This document shows positions 8,980 to 18,319 of a stretch of DNA of 64,000 nt, in pieces. A program made the position numbers and the translations under genes. Position 1 is the first letter of the stretch. The number at the start of each line of letters is the position of its first letter. Source of the stretch: Alcaligenaceae bacterium (lineage in GTDB: Bacteria > Pseudomonadota > Gammaproteobacteria > Burkholderiales > Burkholderiaceae_B); assembly GCA_030538235.1 (NCBI GenBank), contig JAUNUJ010000006.1, positions 17,699 to 81,698 of the forward strand. Reading direction: 5' to 3'. The notes beneath the pieces were generated by a model. That model searched no databases. It worked only from the letters and a program-made list of their open reading frames with translations, and was not told where the DNA came from.

Positions 8980-9670
8980 GGTAGGCCTGCCAATAACCTT
9001 GTTGTAAATAATTTTTGATAAAAACCTCATCCCGTTCATTGAGTGGAGTATCAAATTCAATCATGTCACGGCAGCTAGCCGGTTTTTGTTTTAATAAATA
9101 AATTCGGTGTGAGAGTTTTAAGGCTTCAAATCGATCGTGTGTGACCATCACAATTGCCATGCCATTTTCTACTAATTCCCGAATCCAGTCGTAAATACTG
9201 AGTTTAAGCTCGTAATCCAGCGCTGAAAAAGGCTCGTCTAATAGCAGCAAATCCGGCTTATTCAATAAGGCTCGGGCCAGAGCCGTGCGTTGACGCATAC
9301 CGCCAGAAAGCTCTTTGGGGTATTTTTGCCAGTCACTTTCTTGAAGGTGTAAGCGTTGTAAGATACTGGCGGCTTGCTCCTGAACCTGAGACTGTTTGGC
9401 ATCTTTTGCCGTCAATAAGATATTGTCCCAAAGGCTTAACCAGGGCAGTAGTCGATGCTCTTGGAACAGGTAGCTTAGCGTTGTAAAGTGATTGCGCATA
9501 CGACCACTATCGTAATCAATTAGACCTGCAATCACACGTAATAGGGTGGTTTTGCCACATCCCGAAGGGCCATATAAACAGGCAACTTCACCCGGCGCCA
9601 CACGAAGATCGACCTGTTCAATAATATCCTCACCCATCAGACTGAGGGAGACTTGTTCAAGCGTCAGCAT
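8972..9670 (-). CDS. ABC transporter ATP-binding protein (NitT/TauT type)
   Basis: Walker A GPSGCGKT, signature LSGGM, Walker B LLLLDEPF. Confidence 0.92.
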   Translation of the reverse strand: MLTLEQVSLSLMGEDIIEQVDLRVAPGEVACLYGPSGCGKTTLLRVIAGLIDYDSGRMRNHFTTLSYLFQEHRLLPWLSLWDNILLTAKDAKQSQVQEQAASILQRLHLQESDWQKYPKELSGGMRQRTALARALLNKPDLLLLDEPFSALDYELKLSIYDWIRELVENGMAIVMVTHDRFEALKLSHRIYLLKQKPASCRDMIEFDTPLNERDEVFIKNYLQQGYWQAYHE

Positions 9671-10468
9671 TTATTGCTCCCAAGGCATAAAAATAATTCT
9701 TAGCGGTTCGATAATTAGATATTCAACAATAAAAATCATGCCTAAAATAACCACCACATAAGCTAAAACCGTTTCGGTATCCAACATGGCACGAGCCATG
9801 GCTAATTGGGCACCTAAGCCATTATTAGCCCCCAGTAATTCAGCCATGATGGCGATTTTTATGCCGGTACCCAAAGCCACACTCACCGCCGGTAATAAGT
9901 GGTTAAGTAAGTGCGGAAAATATAAATTCTTTAACTGCTTGCTAAAAGAAACCCGATAGACATCAAGCATTTCCTTGAGTCCTTCGTCCACGCTCAGCAT
10001 GCCACGCATAGCGGCAGCAAAGGTGAGGGGAATCACGGTAATAATAATAGTAAATATCGCACTTTGAGACCCCATGCCGAACCAAAATAAAGCTAACACC
10101 ACCCAGATAATCGGTGGCATGCCTAATAAGACACTGATGCACGGTCGAAAAAATAGTCCCAAACTCTTAAAGGAACCGGCCAACAGCCCTAGACTAATCC
10201 CTATGACTAAGGCGGTAGCAATGCCGACACTGGCACGATAGATGGTGATGGGAATATCATGTGCGGATAGGTTCTGTAAAATAATCCCTACCGTTTTAAA
10301 AACAGCTAAGGGCTCGGGGAGCACCAGAGGGCCTAAGTGATTAGCGGCGATTTGCCAGATAGCGAGAATAATCGCCAGCACGGCCCCCGAACTAAAGGCG
10401 CCCCACAAATAATATCCCGCTTGCGCAACACCATTTCTGCGCAAGGGGCGGCTTGAATCTAAAATCAT
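9671..10468 (-). CDS. ABC transporter permease (NitT/TauT type)
   Basis: Multiple TM helices, PPIIW motif, operon context. Confidence 0.9.
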   Translation of the reverse strand: MILDSSRPLRRNGVAQAGYYLWGAFSSGAVLAIILAIWQIAANHLGPLVLPEPLAVFKTVGIILQNLSAHDIPITIYRASVGIATALVIGISLGLLAGSFKSLGLFFRPCISVLLGMPPIIWVVLALFWFGMGSQSAIFTIIITVIPLTFAAAMRGMLSVDEGLKEMLDVYRVSFSKQLKNLYFPHLLNHLLPAVSVALGTGIKIAIMAELLGANNGLGAQLAMARAMLDTETVLAYVVVILGMIFIVEYLIIEPLRIIFMPWEQ

Positions 10469-10527
10469 GCAATATCCATCAGAACGGTTTCTGTATCGCT
10501 ATGGCAGTAAGCGTGACAGGCATCTTG

Positions 10528-11493
10528 TTAGGCAAAGAGTCGGTTATCTGGTAGTTTGCCGCCGACAATTTTGGGGTTTAACTCATAAAGCGTGTTAAAA
10601 AAGGTGAGAATGTCGTCTTCAATGGTTTTTGCAGGTTCAACGACCAAATTGGCGTAGGGCAATGAGGTCTCGATCGCTTTTGCAGGGGCCGGGATAAGTC
10701 GACTACCAAGCTTAGCGGCTTCTTCGAGATGGCTTTGGCTCCAGACCAGTGCCTCAGTCAAGTCCTTATGTAATGCAGATAAGAATTCTTGATGCTGTTC
10801 ATAAAAGCCTTGACTCACTAATAAACCCGCTTGCGGGATACCGGTATGAGTTTGGCTGGCTTGCTCCCAAGCCCGTTGTACATCGAAAACCCGCTCGATA
10901 CGTTGCCCACTTTGTTGACCGCGCATAATAGCCAAACTAGCTAAGGGTTCCGGTAGCAGTGCGAGCTCGGCCTTGTTATGGAGAAATAGGGCTAGTGCTT
11001 CCGGTGGTGTGGCCGTGTATTGAATATTTAACTCACTGAAATTAATCCCTTCTTTTTGACAAAGCGCCTGCAAAATAAGATCAGGCATGTCATTTTTGTA
11101 GGGAATAACAATTGTTTTACCTAGTAAGTCACCCACTGAATTAAGAGTATCCTCACGGCCGAGGAATTGCAGCAAGCCTTTGGTCATAATATTCACTAAT
11201 TTAACGTTCTGGCCGCGCGCTGATAAATTGGCCGCGACATAACTGGGGACGATACTTAAATCAATAGATTGATTGGCTAATCCGGCACGTAAGACATCAA
11301 CGTCACGCCAAACGTCGGCTTGCCAGGGCTGTATTTTAGTGGACTGGCCACGCTTTGCAGTGACCTCCAGTAATAATGTCGGCAGCACAAGAGGCCCATA
11401 GATCGTTAATTCCGGCTTTTTAGCTAATAAAGAGGGAGCGTATGCGATTGCAGCCATAGCACCAAGTAACTTGAGAGTGGATCGTCTGTCCAT
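10528..11493 (-). CDS. ABC transporter substrate-binding protein with Tat-like signal
   Basis: MDRRSTLKLLG twin-arginine signal; NMT1/TauA-like layout; first gene of the operon. Confidence 0.85.
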   Translation of the reverse strand: MDRRSTLKLLGAMAAIAYAPSLLAKKPELTIYGPLVLPTLLLEVTAKRGQSTKIQPWQADVWRDVDVLRAGLANQSIDLSIVPSYVAANLSARGQNVKLVNIMTKGLLQFLGREDTLNSVGDLLGKTIVIPYKNDMPDLILQALCQKEGINFSELNIQYTATPPEALALFLHNKAELALLPEPLASLAIMRGQQSGQRIERVFDVQRAWEQASQTHTGIPQAGLLVSQGFYEQHQEFLSALHKDLTEALVWSQSHLEEAAKLGSRLIPAPAKAIETSLPYANLVVEPAKTIEDDILTFFNTLYELNPKIVGGKLPDNRLFA

Positions 11494-11524
11494 AATGTGT
11501 GTATTATCTGATTGTAAATTAATT

Positions 11525-11563
11525 AAAAATGATTATCTATAAATGCTAATGAGAATCAGTCTT
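11525..11563. promoter_or_regulatory. Two tandem Fur-box-like sites
   Basis: 11545-11563 GCTAATGAGAATCAGTCTT is 14/19 and 11525-11543 is 13/19 against GATAATGATAATCATTATC. Confidence 0.55.
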
Positions 11564-11644
11564 ATTTGTTATTATTTCATAAATTGAAGTAAAAACGTGA
11601 TTTTCCATCTTAAAAGTAGGGACAATACTTTGCGTTATATCAAA

Positions 11645-11663
11645 CTTTATGTCTTATATGATG
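11645..11663. promoter_or_regulatory. Partial copy of the TCTTATGTCTTATATAAGA operator
   Basis: CTTTATGTCTTATATGATG, 14/19 with a 13-nt exact core TTATGTCTTATAT. Confidence 0.4.
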
Positions 11664-11760
11664 GATTTAAAATATACCTATAGCAATGAGTGACTTTCTT
11701 GTACTGTTGGAAGCGCAGTTCTATCATGAGTAAGAGTTTCATTGAGATGAAGGAATTAGA

Positions 11761-12351
11761 ATGAGCAAACAAGCGGAATACTTCCACGAAAAATATGGCA
11801 TCACTAAAACCCATTCGGCTGTGGTTGATGCGATGGCGCATGTGGCGCCATGCAAAGCCTTAGATTTGGGCTGTGGCCAAGGGCGTAATGCGCTCTACTT
11901 GGCGTTACAAGGGTTTGATGTCACTGCTAGCGATTACAACCCAGGCGGCTTGGGAAGTATTGAGGCGATGGCTCAGGCCGAGGATTTGCGGGTGCGCACA
12001 GAGGTTTATGATATGAATCAGGCCGCAATCAATGAGCACTATGACTTTATGATTGCTACAGTTGTCTTTATGTTTTTAAATGCTCAGCGTGTGCCGGATA
12101 TCATTGCCAATATGAAGGAGCAAACCCAAGCCGGTGGTTATCACTTAATCGTCTCCGCCATCGATACTGAGGACTATCCTTGTCATATGCCATTTTCATT
12201 TACCTTTAAAGAAAATGAACTAGGTGATTACTATCAGGATTGGCAATTAATCGAGTACAAAGAAGAGGTGGGTTCGATGCACGCACGTGATGCGCAAGGT
12301 CAACCGATTCAATTAAAGTTCGTGACCATGTTGGCGCAAAAGCCGATTTAA
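11761..12351 (+). CDS. tehB: SAM-dependent methyltransferase TehB
   Basis: YFHEKYG.TKTHS, ALDLGCGQGRN, GGYHLIV, F.F.FKENEL motifs. Confidence 0.9.
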   Translation: MSKQAEYFHEKYGITKTHSAVVDAMAHVAPCKALDLGCGQGRNALYLALQGFDVTASDYNPGGLGSIEAMAQAEDLRVRTEVYDMNQAAINEHYDFMIATVVFMFLNAQRVPDIIANMKEQTQAGGYHLIVSAIDTEDYPCHMPFSFTFKENELGDYYQDWQLIEYKEEVGSMHARDAQGQPIQLKFVTMLAQKPI

Positions 12352-12587
12352 GTAGACGGTATCGGCGTCTGATCTAAAGGCGCCTCGCAAACCTCAAGGC
12401 AGCGAATTTATTGATACAGGACTTGAATGGCAGAGGAGCAGCGACATAAAAGCGTCGAATACTGAAGTTAAATGCCGCTTGAAAGGTTTTCTCTTTGTTA
12501 TTAAACAATGACCTTGTGTTTTTTGACAGAAAAGCCGGGTATTTATCGTCAAAGATCTATAACTTTCCTAAGGACGGAGCAGCAATA

Positions 12588-13205
12588 ATGTATTACGGTG
12601 AACGGTTTAACAGTATTTCTCATTTGAGCGGTGCAGTCCTAGCGCTGGTTGGCATGGTGCTATTGATTGTGCTCGGAGCGCAGGCCGGAGACCCATGGAA
12701 GATCGTGGGTTTTAGTATTTACGGCTCGATGCTGCTTTGCTTATATCTTGCATCGACTTTTTATCATAGCTTTCGTGGTCGGGCCAAGGAAATTTGGTGC
12801 AAATTTGATTATTGCACAATATATTTGTTGATTGCCGGTAGCTATACACCCTTGGCTTTGGTCAGTTTACGTGGTGCTTGGGGTTGGTCACTATTTGGTG
12901 TGGTTTGGGGCTTGGCAATCTTCGGTATTATCCAGGAGATTTGGTTGGCTCGTGGCAAGCGAATTTTATCGATGGTGCTTTATGTACTGATGGGTTGGTT
13001 GGTTGTTATTGCCATTGGCCCATTGAGGGATGCCTTGGGTAGTGCCGGCTTTTTATGGTTACTGGCCGGGGGACTCGCTTATACCGTCGGTATTGTGTTT
13101 TATGTTAATGACACTCGCTGGCGCCATGCGCACGGGATCTGGCATCTCTTTGTATTGGCAGGGAGTGCGTGTCACTATGTGACCATGGCGTTTTATGTGG
13201 CTTGA
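12588..13205 (+). CDS. trhA: Hemolysin III / PAQR family membrane protein
   Basis: ERFNSISHL, AST.YH, D...IYLLIAGSYTP, HGIWHLFV motifs. Confidence 0.9.
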   Translation: MYYGERFNSISHLSGAVLALVGMVLLIVLGAQAGDPWKIVGFSIYGSMLLCLYLASTFYHSFRGRAKEIWCKFDYCTIYLLIAGSYTPLALVSLRGAWGWSLFGVVWGLAIFGIIQEIWLARGKRILSMVLYVLMGWLVVIAIGPLRDALGSAGFLWLLAGGLAYTVGIVFYVNDTRWRHAHGIWHLFVLAGSACHYVTMAFYVA

Positions 13206-13350
13206 GCTTGGGGTTTTTAAAACGATGGATTTTGTGGCTTAAGCATTAAGCAGTTCAAGTGGCGATTTAAAGCCTCAAGTTAATTGAACGAATAGTCAAA
13301 GCAGCAAGGGCTTAGTTAATGTCGGTATTTAGAATCAAAACTTAACATAA

Positions 13351-13642
13351 GAGCACAAAGAATATGCTCACCTCGATCAATTGCTTGGAGCATATTTCAA
13401 TCAAGACTACGCTCTTTTTTTGGAACAGATGACATAGAATTTGTGCTTGATTTTATGTTAAAGATAATTCAGCAGAATACTTGTACCAATTAATGAAGGA
13501 AATAGCTGATTTTGAATTGAAGTATGTTGACTGCGTAGATGAGGAATTTGAAAAAATCTTCGATCCTGATCTATGTTTTGACGATGTGCAGGGCTTCCTC
13601 GATATAGTCAAAGAGAAGGTTCAGAAACAGCTAGAGGTTTAA
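13351..13642 (+). pseudogene. Frameshifted CdiI-like (contact-dependent inhibition immunity) gene remnant
   Basis: Restoring one T each at the T7 run (13415-13421) and T4 run (13451-13454) gives EYAHLDQLLGAYFNQDYALFFGTDDIEFVLDFYVKDNSAEYLYQLMKEIADFELKYVDCVDEEFEKIFDPDLCFDDVQGFLDIVKEKVQKQLEV*; no start codon. Confidence 0.55.
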
Positions 13643-13732
13643 ACCTAAATTTAAACATAAAAAGGGGGGCACTCTGTATACATCAAGATGATGAGGCTGG
13701 GAAATCCTCCCAAGCTCTCAATAGTATATTAG

Positions 13733-13748
13733 ATGTATTAGACATTTA
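13733..13748 (+). repeat. Left copy of 16-bp direct repeat ATGTATTAGACATTTA
   Basis: Exact match to 19078-19093. Confidence 0.85.
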
Positions 13749-14007
13749 GACACAGCTAAACCCTCCTTTTTAACTGTCTCTGACCTTAGCAGATTAACCG
13801 GTCAAGTTAATTGTCGCTCTATATAGAGATAAGTATTTATGTTACGGGTACTTTTAAACCTCTAAAATTCATAACACGCTAACCAAGTGTTAACAGACTG
13901 GATTGGATTTCATGACCATCAATACTCACTCTGTCCTTGGGCATAAGGTCACCCATTGAGGTCTGAGAGGCTTTAGCGACATAACGTGTTTAGAAAATGT
14001 TGACTCA

Positions 14008-15495
14008 TTACAAAATTTCTGACGTCTTAGTAGACGGAATACTCGTCATTTCGCACGCCTTTGCCCCGACACGTTCGATAGCTGAACGATATTTCTCATT
14101 GAATGGATAACAACAAGAAATTCGTAATGCATTCTTATAATCCGATTTGGGTGAATACAATGCGCCGGGCGTGAGAGATATCTTCTCTTTAAGCATCGCC
14201 CTGTGCAACTCTACTGTATCAATATTTCCTGGTATTTCTACCCAAAAAACAAAGCCTCCTTGTGGCTTTGTTGTACGAGTTCCAACAGGAAAGTGTCTGG
14301 CGATTAAAGACAGCGCTTGATTCATATTCTCCTTGTAATGCTTACGTAATTTTCGCAAGTGATGATCATACCCACCGGTTTCTAAAAACTGAGCAATGGT
14401 TTCACTTAATAATTTGGATTCTGTCATCGAAAGTTGTTTTTTTAATCGCTGTATCTGACGACTGTAACGACCAGCGCATATCCATCCGATTCGGAAATCT
14501 GGTGCGAGAGTTTTAGTAAAACTTGAGCAAAAAATAATCCAGTTGTCACGATCAAAGGCTTTTACGGCAGGCAAGGTTTGATCAAATTGCAGCTCACAAT
14601 ACAACCCATCTTCTATCAGAGGAACCTGATATTGATTAACTAACTGTGCTAATCGTTGTTTCGATTTAAGGGGCATACTACAACCGAGTGGGTTGTGTAA
14701 ATTTGGCATACACACAATGGCTTGAATCTGCTTTTTCTTCATCAACACTTCAAGGGTATCAACCGATAAACCTGTTTCGGCGTTTGTGGGAATTTCGATT
14801 ACACGTAAACCCAATGTCGCTAGTAGCGGTATTAAATAAAAATAGGTAGGTGATTCTAGGGCCACACAATCGCCTGCTTTAGTGGTCGCTAAAAGTGCCA
14901 AATGGAGTGCGTCTAAGCAACCATGCGTAATGGTGATTTCATCAATATCAATAACGGCACCGACATCTAGCATACGTCTGGCTATTTGATGCCGTAAATT
15001 AAGACTGCCTGGCGGCAACGCATACTCACAGATGATATTGGGTTGGCGACGTAAGGTCTGTCTCAAAATTTTACTTAACTTTTCACTTGGATAAAATTCA
15101 GAATCATGAGTTGGACAAGCTAGAGAGATATTCGTGAAGTCTGGGTTTTGTTGAGTAGCAAAGGTTGTTTCAATTAACCTCAATACGCTTTGGTCAGGAG
15201 GGGCACTGGCACTGTCTGTAGAAAGCGTTCGTTTAAGTCTAGGCGGTTGATTGCACACATAAAAGCCAGACTGCGGACGAGCCTGTATCAATCCCTGGTC
15301 CTCCAGATGACGGTATGCAGCAACGACTGTATTAATACTGATCGCATAAGTTTTTGCCGTATCTCTTATCGAAGGAAATCTTGTGCCAGCTTTAAAAGTA
15401 CCTAAACTTATCGCTTGGCTTAATTTTTTACTTAGTTTCAGATACAGAGGTTTATTTTTCGAATCTTGTTGGTAAAAAAGGTGAGCATTAGGCAC
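14008..15495 (-). CDS. MocR/GabR family regulator (GntR wHTH plus PLP aminotransferase-like domain)
   Basis: PSIRDTAKTYAISINTVVAAYRHLEDQGLI HTH; NPLG, IEDGLY, SFTKTLAPDFRIGW; GTG start with AGGAG RBS. Confidence 0.93.
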   Translation of the reverse strand: MPNAHLFYQQDSKNKPLYLKLSKKLSQAISLGTFKAGTRFPSIRDTAKTYAISINTVVAAYRHLEDQGLIQARPQSGFYVCNQPPRLKRTLSTDSASAPPDQSVLRLIETTFATQQNPDFTNISLACPTHDSEFYPSEKLSKILRQTLRRQPNIICEYALPPGSLNLRHQIARRMLDVGAVIDIDEITITHGCLDALHLALLATTKAGDCVALESPTYFYLIPLLATLGLRVIEIPTNAETGLSVDTLEVLMKKKQIQAIVCMPNLHNPLGCSMPLKSKQRLAQLVNQYQVPLIEDGLYCELQFDQTLPAVKAFDRDNWIIFCSSFTKTLAPDFRIGWICAGRYSRQIQRLKKQLSMTESKLLSETIAQFLETGGYDHHLRKLRKHYKENMNQALSLIARHFPVGTRTTKPQGGFVFWVEIPGNIDTVELHRAMLKEKISLTPGALYSPKSDYKNALRISCCYPFNEKYRSAIERVGAKACEMTSIPSTKTSEIL

Positions 15496-15898
15496 AATTA
15501 ACTCCTTTTAGGTAGTCGCTGTTGAATTATTTGTTAACTGTACCCATGACAATAGCCCATTACTGCTACTGTTTCAATTAAGAGATTTAGATTATTCTTA
15601 AATAGTAGTTGTGAAATTAGAGAAGTAACACTTAATAAATCTCCTTAACCATGTGTTTTCACAATTCAGTTATTTTGGCTTGTGCCTTTTTAGGTAAGTC
15701 TACGTTGATAGATTATTGAAAATTTTTATTTTTATATTTGATTGTTTAGTAGACGATTACCCTTCAGTACCTAAGATAGATGGTCTATTTACTAATGTAC
15801 TTTAGCGATATTTACCAGACAATTACTATTCTTTAATATTTAACTATGATGAGTTCACTCAGATTTCTTAGACTGCAATAATCATTAGGAGCTAACTT

Positions 15899-16798
15899 AT
15901 GACTAACCTGCTAAGTTATACAGGTAATACTCCAATTATAAAGATTGAGAATATATTTTATCCAGATAAGGCTGATATTTTTGTGAAATTAGAAGAGTTC
16001 AATCCTGGAGGAAGTGTTAAATCAAGACCAGGTGTACATATGGTTCTTGATGCACAGGAAAAAAAGCTGCTAACAAAAGACAAGATTTTACTCGAACCGA
16101 CAGGAGGTAATACCGGGTTGGGTATAACTATCGCTGCTGTTTCTCTAGGATATAAAGTGCATTTAGTTATTCCGGATAATTTCAGCAAAGATAAAATTAA
16201 AAATTTAGAAAGCTATGGTGCCAAAATTATATTATCTGATCATACAACAGGTCCGGGGTCCCATGTTAGATTGGCTAATCAGATATTAGAGTCTGAAAAT
16301 AAGTATATATGTTTAGACCAATTCTCTAACCCTGCAAATCCTATGTCACATTATTTAACTACAGGTCCAGAAATAATCAACCAATTAAAAATACGCAAAG
16401 TTGATGCATTTATTGCAGGTATTGGAACTGGAGGAACTTTGATGGGGGTTGGTAAATATTTAAAAGGAATTAACGCTAACATCAAAATTATTGGTGTCCA
16501 ACCAGAGGGTTGTGATTTCATGAATAATATATTCATCCCACATAAAATCGAAGCGATTGCCGTTGGCTTTATTCCTCCAATAGTTGATTTGGAAATGATT
16601 GATCATATGATAAGTGTAGATTTTTATGAGGTGATGGAATTAAGAGATTGGCTGAGTAAAAAAATGGGCCTTTTTGTTGGTATTTCATCAGGTGCAAATA
16701 TTCTTGCTGCTCTTAAAGAAGCAGCTAAATATCCAAAAGGAAAATTTATTATTACAGTAGCACCAGATAGTGGTAGGAGCTATATAGCTTATGAGTAA
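15899..16798 (+). CDS. Cysteine synthase family PLP enzyme, variant
   Basis: GNTP, KLEEFNPGGSVKSR (PLP Lys), EPTGGNTG, DQFSNPAN, GIGTGGT, GISSGAN, PDSG. Confidence 0.9.
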   Translation: MTNLLSYTGNTPIIKIENIFYPDKADIFVKLEEFNPGGSVKSRPGVHMVLDAQEKKLLTKDKILLEPTGGNTGLGITIAAVSLGYKVHLVIPDNFSKDKIKNLESYGAKIILSDHTTGPGSHVRLANQILESENKYICLDQFSNPANPMSHYLTTGPEIINQLKIRKVDAFIAGIGTGGTLMGVGKYLKGINANIKIIGVQPEGCDFMNNIFIPHKIEAIAVGFIPPIVDLEMIDHMISVDFYEVMELRDWLSKKMGLFVGISSGANILAALKEAAKYPKGKFIITVAPDSGRSYIAYE

Positions 16799-17450
16799 GT
16801 TTCAGGATATATCTCTGCTTTCTATTTCTGATGAGGAACTTATCCTTTCAAAGGTAGTTGGTGTGCTAAGCAAATTTGGTATTTATTATTTAAGCAGGCA
16901 AGAAATTCTTGAAATATGTTCTGCCTTGAATACGGATATGAATGCCTTCTTACAGAAAGACCCCTCAACAAAAAACGATAGCAAAAGTTTTTTGTTATCA
17001 TTTTCTTCTTTTGATGCAGTCATTGGTTATCGAATAGCTCACCATATATTAGATCACTATGAAAAAACAGTCGATTCAAAAAAAATATCAGAATACTTTA
17101 AGATTAAAACTGGTATTGAAATACACTCTGCTGCCGTAATAGGTCATAGCTTTGTCATTGACCATGGAGTTGGTACAGTAATAGGAGAAACCTGTGTTAT
17201 AGGAAATAATTGCTATTTCTTACAACAAATCATCTTAGGTTCTTCTCAAATTGCTTTTAATAATCAAGAGAGTAGACACCCCATTATTGGGAATAATGTT
17301 GAAATAGGCGGATTTGCTCGAATTTTTGGAAAGGTACGTATTGGTAATAATGTAAAAATTGCTCCTCATTCTATTATCAGAGTCGATATTCCTGATAACA
17401 GCTCAGTAATCATGGAAAGTAATGAACAAAAAATCGTTTTGAGAGACTAA
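16791..17450 (+). CDS. Serine O-acetyltransferase-like protein
   Basis: DP, YRIAH, GIEIH, IDHGVGTVIGET, RHPIIG hexapeptide repeats; start overlaps the upstream stop. Confidence 0.85.
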   Translation: MSKFQDISLLSISDEELILSKVVGVLSKFGIYYLSRQEILEICSALNTDMNAFLQKDPSTKNDSKSFLLSFSSFDAVIGYRIAHHILDHYEKTVDSKKISEYFKIKTGIEIHSAAVIGHSFVIDHGVGTVIGETCVIGNNCYFLQQIILGSSQIAFNNQESRHPIIGNNVEIGGFARIFGKVRIGNNVKIAPHSIIRVDIPDNSSVIMESNEQKIVLRD

Positions 17451-18298
17451 TGAAGAATTTATTGTTTTTCTTGACACTTTTCTTCATTACCTGTTTAGCA
17501 ACTGGCGGAATATTTGTAAAGCTTAGTGAATTAGGGCCTGTTACAACAGGATTTTATAGAGTTCTATTTAGTATCCCGATGCTATATCCTTTGCTAAGGA
17601 TGGAAAAAAATTTTTCTTTGTCTATAAAAGATAAAGTGGTGATATTTATTGCTGGCATGTTCCTTGCTGGAGACTTAATTTTATGGAACATTTCTTTCCA
17701 CTACACTACAGTTGCTAACGCAAATTTATTAGCAAATTTAGTGCCATTTACGATTATTCCTTCAGCATATTTTTTCTACAAAGAGAAAGTATCTCGTAAT
17801 TTTTTATTCAGCTTGATTGTTACGTTAATTGGCTTAATCATCTTAATTAACGGCAAGGTTAACCCTAGTCAAAGCAATTTGTATGGCGATATGCTGGCAT
17901 TTGCTACATCTATTTTTTATGCGGCATTTTTACTTATTGTCTATAAGGTAAGAAGGCAAGCATCAGCAATACAGATTATGTATTACAGTGGATATGGGGC
18001 TATGGTAATACTACTTATAAGTAGCATTGTAATGGAAGGTGTGACTTATCCAACTAATTTTCAAACCTTATGGCCACTACTAGGGTTGGCAGTTTTTTCT
18101 CAAATATTAGGTCAAGGAGGACTTAGCTATGTTTTAGGTAAGATCTCCGTCAATTTAGCGGCTGTTCTTGTTTTAACACAGCCAGTCATTTCAGCAATTT
18201 TATCTTATTTTATTTTTCATGAAACCTTATCCATACAAGAGATGTTAGGCCTCTTTATTGTGCTAATGGGTATCTTTTTAGTAAAAAAAGAGCATTAA
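17450..18298 (+). CDS. EamA/DMT family exporter
   Basis: About 10 TM helices in two EamA-like halves; TAATG stop-start overlap. Confidence 0.88.
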   Translation: MKNLLFFLTLFFITCLATGGIFVKLSELGPVTTGFYRVLFSIPMLYPLLRMEKNFSLSIKDKVVIFIAGMFLAGDLILWNISFHYTTVANANLLANLVPFTIIPSAYFFYKEKVSRNFLFSLIVTLIGLIILINGKVNPSQSNLYGDMLAFATSIFYAAFLLIVYKVRRQASAIQIMYYSGYGAMVILLISSIVMEGVTYPTNFQTLWPLLGLAVFSQILGQGGLSYVLGKISVNLAAVLVLTQPVISAILSYFIFHETLSIQEMLGLFIVLMGIFLVKKEH

Positions 18299-18319
18299 TT
18301 TATATTAAAGGATGAACCA

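Noticed and set aside
13647-13675. ATTTAAACATAA resembling a XerD arm (dif/pdif site)
   Set aside because: Has an extra base and no XerC arm at 6-bp spacing
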